A stretch of DNA of 64,000 bases from a virus (taxonomy: Duplodnaviria > Caudoviricetes): positions 32,001 to 96,000 of the IMG/VR virus record IMGVR_UViG_3300012983_000031. One strand, given 5' to 3'. The translations under genes were made by a program, and so were the position numbers. The first letter of the stretch is position 1, and each line of letters starts with the position of its first letter. This document shows positions 17,995-27,136 of this stretch, piece by piece. Under the pieces are notes generated by a model. The model did not search any database, had not been told where the DNA came from, and saw only the letters and a list, made by a program, of their open reading frames with translations.

Positions 17995-19047
17995 TCAACA
18001 TATTGACTGTAACGGATTTGAAAGGATGAAAATATTGCGCATTCCGCCTCGAAATGTCAACGGGATTTCAACCTCTGCCCCGTCCTCATTCACATACTTG
18101 ATTTTTGGTTCACTTGCATTTCCCAACAGCGTTGTCACATGAGACACGACTGACCATTCCTTTACGCCCCACAGACGCGAAGAAGCGACAAGCTCCTCAT
18201 ATGAACTCTGTGTAAGTCCACGGAAATCACGTATCAACATAGGTGCATATGTGAGGAAGTCCTCGTCATACCCCTCCTTAGCGTTGATCTTCTGTGCTGC
18301 ATATTTCTTCAGCCATTCATTGACACCAAGCGACGGGATATGGATCTTCATAAGCGTTCCGTTGACATTGAAATGGAAACACTTGTCATCACTGTTGTAG
18401 AATTTCATGACTTCATCAGGAATCTTAATGAAGTTAATCATTTCCTTGACAACAGGTATCTCCTTTCCTTCAGAAATAGGAACCATTAACTCATTTTCTC
18501 CGTTCAAGAATGTAAACTCTTTGATTGCCAACAAGATATAAAATCTGTCAACATTCTTCAAATCTTTCCAGCAGTTACCAGGGTACTGTGGATTCTTCAC
18601 TGAACAACATTTTTCGATCATATAGTTGAGAATATCATCCACTCTGGAAAGCTGATTGATATCCTGATCGTTCATTGTAGACCAGTGCTTGATTTCCTCA
18701 CCACGAGCTGCACGAATGCTTATCTCAAATCCGTCTGGATAAAACATTCCTCCAGTAGGAAGCGAATCAATTGGAATCTTAAGCCAACCGATGTTATCTC
18801 TATAATGCAAGCCAGAGCCGTCTTCCCTTGTCACAGGAATGTCATCTCTTCCATGTGTCCTGTTTTCACGGGCAATTTCAGCCATAGTCTTCTGTGGCTG
18901 AACATTTTCCTGACTTGGTTGTTCACTAACTGTCTGCATACCTGCAGTCTTGAATGGATTTTGCGTTACTGCGCCGTCCTGAAAATCATTTTCTTCTTGA
19001 GCAACATAAGCGCTCATGAGATCTTCTTCTCTTGTTTTCTTAGCCAT
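17995..19047 (-). CDS. gp26: gp26-like baseplate hub assembly chaperone
   Basis: LPTGGMFYP...ISIRAARGEEIK...DLKNVDRFYILLAIKEFTF pattern. Confidence 0.65.
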   Translation of the reverse strand: MAKKTREEDLMSAYVAQEENDFQDGAVTQNPFKTAGMQTVSEQPSQENVQPQKTMAEIARENRTHGRDDIPVTREDGSGLHYRDNIGWLKIPIDSLPTGGMFYPDGFEISIRAARGEEIKHWSTMNDQDINQLSRVDDILNYMIEKCCSVKNPQYPGNCWKDLKNVDRFYILLAIKEFTFLNGENELMVPISEGKEIPVVKEMINFIKIPDEVMKFYNSDDKCFHFNVNGTLMKIHIPSLGVNEWLKKYAAQKINAKEGYDEDFLTYAPMLIRDFRGLTQSSYEELVASSRLWGVKEWSVVSHVTTLLGNASEPKIKYVNEDGAEVEIPLTFRGGMRNIFILSNPLQSIC

Positions 19048-19070
19048 TGCCTTTGAATGTTCTTTTATAT

Positions 19071-19102
19071 TATTATACTTGAAAGTTGAAAAAACGATTA
19101 AA
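19071..19102 (-). promoter_or_regulatory. Middle-type promoter TTTAATCGTTTT-N12-GTATAATA
   Basis: Exact motif ~24 nt upstream of ATG 19047. Confidence 0.8.
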
Positions 19103-19117
19103 ATCTAAAGAATTATT

Positions 19118-21040
19118 TTATATTTCGTACATAAAATCAAACATTGAACTGACAGATCCGTCCTCATTCTGTACAACAATTGACATTTTTCTGTCAGTGT
19201 CCTGCACACCCATAAGCTTAGTGATCATGACTGAACTTATATTGAATTCAAGCTCACCTACATACAGGTTCATGTTCTGTGTGTATGTAGGCTCTATGAC
19301 AACATCTATGCCATCAGAACCCTTGAACATTAACTTATAATAACCGTTTGAAAGATCCAGATACGTATACGTTCCGTTCGTTCCTGTCTTCTTAAACGTA
19401 AACTTATAGCTCTTCGGTGCAGAACTCATCGAAAGCACGTATGAGTAATTACCCTGAACTGGATCGCCATGATCGTCAAGAACTATATCCGTTGAATTGT
19501 AGAACATCTTCACGTATTTCGTTCGCTGAAGCTGATTACCGTTGCCGACAAACTCATGCTTGTTCTCTATAATCTTATTGAATATCTTATAAGGTTTGAG
19601 CTGGTTCATCTTCAGTGTCGTCCCCTTTGCATAATATTTCTGAAGATCATCATACAGCGACAACGTCGCCACCTTCACGAACTGAACCTTGTCATGTGAA
19701 TTGATGAACCTCATCGTGTACACAATCTGTACATTGTTTATGTACATTCCAAGTTCCTGATCAAATATTGTCGGTCTGTAATAGAATATGTGAGGGTCTG
19801 TCTCGTTGACGAAAATCTGCGTCATCGAATACGTCTCTTCCTTCGCTACATGATCACCCATGCAGAACGATGTCTTAATCTCATGAAGACATATCCATTT
19901 CTTCATGTCATACTCAACCTTATAGTCATCATCAATCTCATAATCGTAATGATCCCTTATCAAGCTGGTGTCATAAAGACGTATCGTCTTGTTGAACTGC
20001 CAAACTATTTCACTTGTAAGCGGGTTGTCCATCCATGTAGCATAGAACATCAGATAAGGAACATCTGTACATTCAGATATATACGCTCCCAGATTATCAG
20101 AATTGAGGAAAGATGTAGGAAGGCTTCCGTTGAGAACAGACGAACGCGTGAAATTCAGGTTAACCATGTCGTTCGTCACGACATTAGGATTGGCGAGCTC
20201 GGATATGCTATAGTCTATTCTGTTTATTTCCTTGTCGTCATCAAATATGTACGCAAAGTTCAGATTAAGCATCGTCCAGTTCTTTATGTTAACATCCTGT
20301 ATGAACTGGCTGACCGAAGATGAGCTGTCATTCACCCTCATCAGGTCATAAAGGCACGGAACTTTGACCTCTATGTACCTGTCATATATGTTGTTTCCGA
20401 AAATTATAGGTGTAGGAAGGAACTCGACAAGCTTGAAGAACGTTGACTTATTCAGGAAGAAATTGCAAAGATCAATTTCCCTTTCAATGATCCTTCCCTG
20501 AGCATCCTTCTGGTCATTTCCGTCAGCGCAAAGCCTCATCATGATTCCATATACGTTGCTAAAGTCATATCCGTTGACAAAATACAGTCTCATTGAGTCA
20601 AACCGTATATCTGGAACCTTATAGTAATATCTGCAATAAGGGTTAGATGAGTTTTCACCCATCGGATCTGAAAGATATTTCGCGTATTCCCTTGCTTTTA
20701 TTTGATCTGGATCAATTGAGTTCATAATGGAATCATCAATGTACTCATAATCTGGATCAAGAAACGAATACCACTCCGACAGGTTCACATCCTTCGGGAC
20801 TGAAAGGTGATTCAGCGTATTTATTGAAACAGGTTTTCTGATCTTCTTGTATGAGTCAGACTCAACATCCTTCTCGCACTCATATGAAATTGGAGAAAGA
20901 ATCAGGTAGCGCCCGTCCACCTGTTTTGTATATATGAACGAAATCGATTCGAGATTTTCATAGTCGGCTCCTTCGCCGAGCATGTCCATCTCGAACATCA
21001 TTATGTCACTAATCTGCAAATATCTCTTCTTGTTAGCCAT
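19118..21040 (-). CDS. Hypothetical virion structural protein
   Basis: 640-aa beta-rich ORF. A perfect late motif CAGATAAATAGT (core 21273-21281) lies inside the upstream gene. Confidence 0.6.
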   Translation of the reverse strand: MANKKRYLQISDIMMFEMDMLGEGADYENLESISFIYTKQVDGRYLILSPISYECEKDVESDSYKKIRKPVSINTLNHLSVPKDVNLSEWYSFLDPDYEYIDDSIMNSIDPDQIKAREYAKYLSDPMGENSSNPYCRYYYKVPDIRFDSMRLYFVNGYDFSNVYGIMMRLCADGNDQKDAQGRIIEREIDLCNFFLNKSTFFKLVEFLPTPIIFGNNIYDRYIEVKVPCLYDLMRVNDSSSSVSQFIQDVNIKNWTMLNLNFAYIFDDDKEINRIDYSISELANPNVVTNDMVNLNFTRSSVLNGSLPTSFLNSDNLGAYISECTDVPYLMFYATWMDNPLTSEIVWQFNKTIRLYDTSLIRDHYDYEIDDDYKVEYDMKKWICLHEIKTSFCMGDHVAKEETYSMTQIFVNETDPHIFYYRPTIFDQELGMYINNVQIVYTMRFINSHDKVQFVKVATLSLYDDLQKYYAKGTTLKMNQLKPYKIFNKIIENKHEFVGNGNQLQRTKYVKMFYNSTDIVLDDHGDPVQGNYSYVLSMSSAPKSYKFTFKKTGTNGTYTYLDLSNGYYKLMFKGSDGIDVVIEPTYTQNMNLYVGELEFNISSVMITKLMGVQDTDRKMSIVVQNEDGSVSSMFDFMYEI

Positions 21041-21852
21041 CAGAAAGCAAAAAGTTTTCTACCGAACGTCACCTGAACCCCTGGAACAAGAATAACCTTG
21101 TTGTTGTATATCGTTCCAGACGCTCCAACTCCATAAATGAAATACCAGTTCTTTTCAAACCTTCTTTTCAGGACTTTGGACTTTTCTGGGGAAAGGATTG
21201 TTCCGTTTAGACTATTTATCTGACAATATGGATTGTCCGTCTTTGCGAGGAACGACAGCTTGTCTCCCTTCTCTATGATGTCTACTGTTATGTTGTTCGG
21301 AACCGAAATGGAATCGAACTTCACTGTCCCCAGCATCTTGCTGACATCGAACGAAGACTTTCCATTTATGGAGATCCATTGATCGTTATGATTCACTGGA
21401 AAGAAATAGTTTCCCTGTGGATCTATTTTAACGGTATCATGGACTTCTATATCCTTGTATTTGATCTCCGTCTTTATCTTTGTCACGACAATCGGGTTTT
21501 CCTTTAGATTCTTCACCTCGTTATACAGTTCCTCATTCTTCAGTTTCAGATTTTTTATATCCGTGATCGCTGAAGCTCGTTCCTTGTATATTTCCCCAAT
21601 CTTGTTCTTATACACCTTTATCGTGTCTTCTGTGCTGTCCACAAGATTATAATATTTGTCTTTCATGTATGTGTATTTGAATTGCAATATGCATACACAT
21701 ACGCACGCGAGCACGAGCAACGCATGTGTGAAATCTGAGAAGATCCACTTAAATGCTTTGACGAAAAAATTTTTTATAGCTTTCCAGACATTTTCCATTT
21801 TATTTTTGGTTGAATTTTTTGCGCGTAGATTTGAGTCTTCATTTTGACTCAT
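21040..21852 (-). CDS. Membrane-anchored coiled-coil protein with C-terminal amphipathic beta-hairpin (spanin-like)
   Basis: TM ALLVLACVCVCIL, coiled coil, and C-terminus YGVGASGTIY...PGVQVTFGRKLFAF. Confidence 0.5.
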   Translation of the reverse strand: MSQNEDSNLRAKNSTKNKMENVWKAIKNFFVKAFKWIFSDFTHALLVLACVCVCILQFKYTYMKDKYYNLVDSTEDTIKVYKNKIGEIYKERASAITDIKNLKLKNEELYNEVKNLKENPIVVTKIKTEIKYKDIEVHDTVKIDPQGNYFFPVNHNDQWISINGKSSFDVSKMLGTVKFDSISVPNNITVDIIEKGDKLSFLAKTDNPYCQINSLNGTILSPEKSKVLKRRFEKNWYFIYGVGASGTIYNNKVILVPGVQVTFGRKLFAF

Positions 21853-22226
21853 TTCCTTTTTTCTTTCTTTTTTTGCTTTTTTCTTTTTATTTTCTTTTTC
21901 AGGGGACCATTTTCGGGGGCCTATTTAAGAATTTACCTTTTTACTTATTTTTTGTTCTTTTTCGAGGGCCACCCCAATAATATAATAATACTAATAATAT
22001 CTTCTTAATATATTTTTAAATTTAAAATAACTTTCCTTTTCCAAAAGCCCTCACTTTATTATACTACCGCCACGGCCAAAACGATTAAAATTTTTACAAC
22101 TTTTTTTCGAGAATTTTTTGATTAAACTTGTAACTTGTTGATTTTCATTTAAATAAAAATGTAATTTATACAATGTTTAAATAAGGAAATTATAGTAAAT
22201 CATTTAACTATTTATTAATCAGATAA
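21853..22226. other. 374-bp AT-rich, strand-skewed non-coding region; candidate replication origin
   Basis: Largest intergenic gap in the window. Contains three TTTTC(G/A)(G/A)GGG(A)CC-like repeats, an AT-rich tract, a middle promoter (22057-22089, - strand) and a WATCAAnnnnTTR match (22131-22143). Confidence 0.4.
22057..22089 (-). promoter_or_regulatory. Middle-type promoter TTTAATCGTTTT-N13-GTATAATA
   Basis: Same motif with a 13-nt GC-rich spacer, ~200 nt from the next ATG. Confidence 0.7.
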
Positions 22227-22964
22227 TTAGATTAAAGTTACGTTGTTTGATAGAATTTCCTCAAATGTCTTTCCAGTTAAAGGTGAAGGTTCTTGAGGAT
22301 CCTTTGTATCAATAACTTCTGACATTGTTTGAAGAACTTCTATTAGTTTGTCACCATTAACTGCCTTTGCTGTCGCATTTTCGCCCAACGCTATGGAATT
22401 TGCATTCACATTAACTGTTTCGGCGGTAAGGTTAACTGTTGCCCCACTTGAGATGTTCACTGCACCTCCACCGCTTGCGATTATGTTTACGTCGCTGTCA
22501 TTCACTTCAATTACGTTGCTATTGTTTCTGTGGTGAAGCCTGATTGATCCGTCAGCGTCAATTATTATCATAGACCCAGCGAGATACATTTTGTATCCTG
22601 TCATTGGCTGATATATGACAAGAAGCTCCTTTTCTGAATCGTAGAGAACAACATGTGTGTTTTGATAATCTGACTTTATTTCGTCAATAAGCGCTGGATC
22701 GATTGTCTGTATGTTTGAATATTCTCCAGAATATAAGTCACCAAAAGGAAATCGAACACGGACAATTGTTCCTATTTTTGGAACAGACAACGAACCACCA
22801 CCATGTTCGCTGCTGAACATTGTTGATGATTGTGGTGTAAACCACGGAATTTGTTCTGTAGAAAATTCTTCGAATAAACCGAATACGTTTATTTTACACC
22901 TGCCAGAAAATGTAGGGTCTTCGTTGAATACGACTCTTCCAATAAAGTCTTTACTTAAATCCAT
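22227..22964 (-). CDS. gp5: gp5-like baseplate central spike (OB-fold plus beta-helix, no lysozyme domain)
   Basis: FIGRVVFNEDPTFSGRCKINVFG...IPW...VPKIGTIVRVRF..GD is the Gp5/VgrG OB-fold pattern, followed by beta-strand repeats. Confidence 0.8.
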   Translation of the reverse strand: MDLSKDFIGRVVFNEDPTFSGRCKINVFGLFEEFSTEQIPWFTPQSSTMFSSEHGGGSLSVPKIGTIVRVRFPFGDLYSGEYSNIQTIDPALIDEIKSDYQNTHVVLYDSEKELLVIYQPMTGYKMYLAGSMIIIDADGSIRLHHRNNSNVIEVNDSDVNIIASGGGAVNISSGATVNLTAETVNVNANSIALGENATAKAVNGDKLIEVLQTMSEVIDTKDPQEPSPLTGKTFEEILSNNVTLI

Positions 22965-24907
22965 TATGTGTTCTCCTCGTTTCTTATTGTTTTGTAATTT
23001 TGTATGAATGCGTGCAGAACAGGGTTTTCTGTTGCTGTTGATTTTTCCAGTTCATCAATATATGCCCTGAATGTGTTGTTAGCTATAGCCGCTCTTTGTT
23101 CATCGGAAACACCCTGCACTGCCATTGATTTCATTTCAGGTCCGTTGTATATCCTGTCCGCTGCGGCGTTCATTGTCTCCCCGATGCTGATCATTGCATT
23201 AACAAGTTCAGATCTTTGGTGTGTTGCCCTGCTGCTTCGTTCAACTATGTTTCCGTTAACTCCCAAATCAGTGGCGATGCTGACAGCTTCTCTCATTGCC
23301 GTTGTAAAGAGTGATGCGGATGCGGCGGACTGTGGAGCGTCGTCTGGACTGTAATTCATCGTTGTCATATGGTTCTGCATCATCTTTGACATCCTTGATA
23401 TAGATATAGTGTTCGCGTCGGCTACGCCTATTCCATACTTAAGGTTCTCGTTGTACTCTATAAGTCGTGAAGGCATTTTGTTGTTCAAATATCTTTTGTT
23501 CAGAACGTCATCATATATGAAATTACCTTGCTCTGGAACCTTTTCTCTTCTTGTTTCCTGAATTTCTTGCCTGCTGTCTGTGTTGCTGAACGCCGTTGCA
23601 TTGCTTCCGTAATCACTCAATGTTTTTGCATACCCGCTTCCATATTCTACTGGATGGAGAGCCTTGTTCAATGGAAACGCTTGTTTTTCACGAACTTGAC
23701 CAACCTTTATTCTGAGTCTTGGCTCCGCTGCAGTTGACGCACTGTTTGATGCACTCAAACTGCTGATGTGTTCAAGAGTGTTTTCAATGTCAAACTCACA
23801 CATATGACACTCGAAACAAAGAGTTGGCATAACTTCATTTATAGCGTTGTTGCAATACTCCCTCATATCGAGTGCCCCTGTTATTGAGTTTATTGCACTT
23901 TGTGCTGTCTGCAATGCGCCTGCCGTGAAATTCAATGCTTTTGATATGACGCTTTTTGTTCCAAGAAAAGCCTGTGATACGGCTGTTGCAGTTGAAATCG
24001 TGTTTGTGATCGTTCCAAGAAGATCCTTTTGTGGCTTTGCATATGTCATGTTGCGAACTTCAGCGTTTCTGAAATCATATAGTGTTCCGTTTTGTCCGCT
24101 TTCATTCTTTACGTCACTGAATAGTCTTATTTCAGATACATATATTCTCATTCCGAAATATCTCATCATGTCTGGTAGAACCCATCTTTGGTACACGTCA
24201 TCCCACACTATCTTTCTGTACAGTTGGAGGAGCTGTGTTATTTTAAGGTCTATACCTTCAAGACATGTAAGTTCTATGGCTACATCCTTTCCAAGACGCA
24301 TACCTCTTTCCGTGTTGACTTCTGCCAATTTATCCAAGCCATTAATTGACTGGAAATAAAACGGGAAGTTTTCCTGTATGTCTTTCAGTGCCATCTTGAA
24401 TGTTGCCAGAAGAGCTGCGCGACCGTGATCGCCAAGATTCATGTCAAGATAGTCTTCCGTTGAATATCTTTTACCTGTACTAACGTCATTCGACGTTGCA
24501 CTTCCAGCAAAGGTGATAGCAGCATCATCAAGGAAAGGTTCTGGCATGTAATCATACATAACTGAGTAATCGGCGGTTGCGACGGCGCTGTGTAATACAC
24601 TTTCGTTATTGTACGCCGTGTTTCTTGATCTGTTGTCTGGATCGTTGAACATGAATTCTATTCTGAATGATAGATATGTCGGTTCGTCGAACATTCTGGC
24701 GAAGAAGTTCGGTCTGAACATACTTTCCTGTGCAGCAAAACCGTTTGTGTGATAATCTCTCACAGTACCTGGTGACACATTGTCCTTGGTGAGGCTTTTC
24801 ACCTTCTTGATGATGCTGCCAGCTGATTGAGCGAGACCTCCAACGTTATTGATAAGTCCGCTTACGCCTCCTCCGCCTATGTTTAATATTTTATCATGAA
24901 TTGCCAT
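22964..24907 (-). CDS. Baseplate/tail-tube junction-like protein (gp54-like)
   Basis: Baseplate cluster context; YFQSINGLDKL...IELTCLEGIDLKIT..LQLYRKIVWD resembles a tube-fold segment. Confidence 0.45.
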   Translation of the reverse strand: MAIHDKILNIGGGGVSGLINNVGGLAQSAGSIIKKVKSLTKDNVSPGTVRDYHTNGFAAQESMFRPNFFARMFDEPTYLSFRIEFMFNDPDNRSRNTAYNNESVLHSAVATADYSVMYDYMPEPFLDDAAITFAGSATSNDVSTGKRYSTEDYLDMNLGDHGRAALLATFKMALKDIQENFPFYFQSINGLDKLAEVNTERGMRLGKDVAIELTCLEGIDLKITQLLQLYRKIVWDDVYQRWVLPDMMRYFGMRIYVSEIRLFSDVKNESGQNGTLYDFRNAEVRNMTYAKPQKDLLGTITNTISTATAVSQAFLGTKSVISKALNFTAGALQTAQSAINSITGALDMREYCNNAINEVMPTLCFECHMCEFDIENTLEHISSLSASNSASTAAEPRLRIKVGQVREKQAFPLNKALHPVEYGSGYAKTLSDYGSNATAFSNTDSRQEIQETRREKVPEQGNFIYDDVLNKRYLNNKMPSRLIEYNENLKYGIGVADANTISISRMSKMMQNHMTTMNYSPDDAPQSAASASLFTTAMREAVSIATDLGVNGNIVERSSRATHQRSELVNAMISIGETMNAAADRIYNGPEMKSMAVQGVSDEQRAAIANNTFRAYIDELEKSTATENPVLHAFIQNYKTIRNEENT

Positions 24908-26540
24908 TTTGCTCAGTTGTATCTTTTGCTATTATTTCAGGTGTAGGCCATTCTCTGCGCTTTAGCCTAAACATCGTTGTGTATGGTGACATTCCTGTTT
25001 CGCCACCCGTCATTGGTTTGTATGAATATTCCACGCTGTCCACATAATAATACCCAGAATATAATCTGTTGTATTCTCTTGGCATGTCTGTTTCTGTCGA
25101 GTTGTACATTTCTTGTTCTATTGTGTTGTTAAAAACGAGCAGGACAGGTATTCGTTCACCTCTCAATATCTGCATATTCAGTCCAGAGCAATACACGTCG
25201 ATGTACATTTTATTGAATTCGCTCATGTTTTGAGAATTATGAATTGGTGCCCTGTTGTAGTTTTTATGCACATTGCCAGACCACTTGTTAGGATGCTTAT
25301 TTCTTTCATCATCACTCAAGACATATTCAACACCTGTCCATTCTACCCTGTTATACAGACCAATGTAATCATAGTTAACACGAGCCTGTTCGGTTTCTGG
25401 ATTTTTGTCGCGATTATATTTTGTTCTGCCTCTCAAAATAGTGAAGGAATCAGTTTTGTTTTGATCATATGAAGGTATGTTTGTGAGAGTCTCGAAACAA
25501 TTCCAATCACCTTGATTTATCATATTCTGATTATGAAGAAATGTATATGTTGTTGTTGCATAACCTTTTGATAATGAAACCTTTGTAGATTTATTTAATG
25601 GATCCCATTTTTTGATGTAGAATGGTGTCTGCATAAATTCCTCTATATTTGATAATATCTTTGCAGCCATCATCGCATTTCCAACAGAAGAATCCACAGT
25701 TAACTGGTTGTACATGTTAAGCACATTTGTTGCGAACGTCACATCAACTTCCTCATCGTTTTCAGTTGAAAGCATGAACTTATTTATATTTACGAAACAG
25801 AGATTGTAATACAAGTCTATCCATGATTTGAAGAATGATGTTTCGTTTTTCCACGCATGTTCTGTGACAGAATTTAGAAATGAATCTGTTCTTTCCCTGC
25901 ATTGAATCCATGTCATGAAATCGTCTGTGTCATCTGAATCGTTGTACGCAAATCCGATTCCGTATGTTTTCGCCACTTCTCTCATCACGTTTTTAGATGT
26001 TCCTGTTATGGCATGAACAGCAGCCTTTGATTCGAATCCAGGGATAAACAGTCTTCCGCTTAGTGATACGCCGTTTCCCATTTTTCCATAACTTCTGTTA
26101 GACACAGAACATCGTGTTATCAAAAATTCACATCTTATGAATGTGATCGCATTTGTATCTGTTCTTATGTACAAAGAAATGATGTCACCATCCTTCGGCA
26201 TGTTTTTGCTCACGAAGTTTGTATCTTCAAAAACGAGCACAAGATCAATGGTTGGTATGAAACCAGTTTGTCTTATGCTCATTGACATGATGTTTTGTCG
26301 CGACAATATCATGTCGTTGATCCTTATCATTGGAAACGCCAAACCCAATTCAGATGTTTTAATGTTACCGCCTTGCGTCGTTGTCGGATCTGGTGTGTCA
26401 GGAACGGAAATCTCATCAAACTGTATGGTTTTAATAACCGTAGGGTCTTCCACGAGTCTGATGATGTTCGCTGGCTGTGACTCCATTACTGGGACGTAGC
26501 TTGCAGGTCTGTCTGTTATGTTATTAAGTACGATGCTCAT
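24894..26540 (-). CDS. Baseplate hub protein (gp27/late control D-like)
   Basis: Lies between the gp53-like and gp5-like genes; C-terminal GLNMQILRGERIPV...YSGYYYVDSVEYSY. Confidence 0.65.
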   Translation of the reverse strand: MSIVLNNITDRPASYVPVMESQPANIIRLVEDPTVIKTIQFDEISVPDTPDPTTTQGGNIKTSELGLAFPMIRINDMILSRQNIMSMSIRQTGFIPTIDLVLVFEDTNFVSKNMPKDGDIISLYIRTDTNAITFIRCEFLITRCSVSNRSYGKMGNGVSLSGRLFIPGFESKAAVHAITGTSKNVMREVAKTYGIGFAYNDSDDTDDFMTWIQCRERTDSFLNSVTEHAWKNETSFFKSWIDLYYNLCFVNINKFMLSTENDEEVDVTFATNVLNMYNQLTVDSSVGNAMMAAKILSNIEEFMQTPFYIKKWDPLNKSTKVSLSKGYATTTYTFLHNQNMINQGDWNCFETLTNIPSYDQNKTDSFTILRGRTKYNRDKNPETEQARVNYDYIGLYNRVEWTGVEYVLSDDERNKHPNKWSGNVHKNYNRAPIHNSQNMSEFNKMYIDVYCSGLNMQILRGERIPVLLVFNNTIEQEMYNSTETDMPREYNRLYSGYYYVDSVEYSYKPMTGGETGMSPYTTMFRLKRREWPTPEIIAKDTTEQNGNS

Positions 26541-27118
26541 TTACTTTGTTCTATTGCGGCGTTTAAGAATTCTCCTATTGATGTGCCGTTTGTCGCACAG
26601 TTAACTATTGTTGTGTCAAGGTTTCCGAAATAAATCTTTCCATCTTTGATTGTTATTCCAGAATCACCCTTCTTCGATATGTTAGGTTCGATTGGTTCTC
26701 CGTTTCCAGGTATAGGTGTTGTGTTGACATCTGATCCTGATTTATCTGGAACCTTCGATTTATCTATATATTTGTGATAATTCTTCACAGCGTCAAACAC
26801 ACCAGTTGTATCAGTAACGTTCTCCTTAATCGGGTTGTAAATTTCTGAAAGCGACACACCGTATATCAAATCATCTTTTTCTATAGCGAACGGATTATTC
26901 ATGAGGGAATATTTCATAACCATTTCTGCATAATCGGATGTTCCATACAATGATGTTGAAATAAGATCTGGTCTCATTTCATATTCTTTTCTGACTTTGT
27001 ATACACTTCCTATCCTGGACATTGATTTTCCTGGATCGAAAATTCCTTCTGACAAGTCAACGACTTCATTGCCGTCAACCATATATGTGCCTTTTGCATC
27101 TAAACTTCTTGAAAACAT
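26537..27118 (-). CDS. gp53: gp53-like baseplate wedge protein (LysM-like)
   Basis: YKVRKEYEMRPDLISTSLYGTSDYAEMVMKYSLMNNPF matches the RPDLIS..LYG motif. Confidence 0.75.
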   Translation of the reverse strand: MFSRSLDAKGTYMVDGNEVVDLSEGIFDPGKSMSRIGSVYKVRKEYEMRPDLISTSLYGTSDYAEMVMKYSLMNNPFAIEKDDLIYGVSLSEIYNPIKENVTDTTGVFDAVKNYHKYIDKSKVPDKSGSDVNTTPIPGNGEPIEPNISKKGDSGITIKDGKIYFGNLDTTIVNCATNGTSIGEFLNAAIEQSK

Positions 27119-27136
27119 AATATATAAATATTTGAT

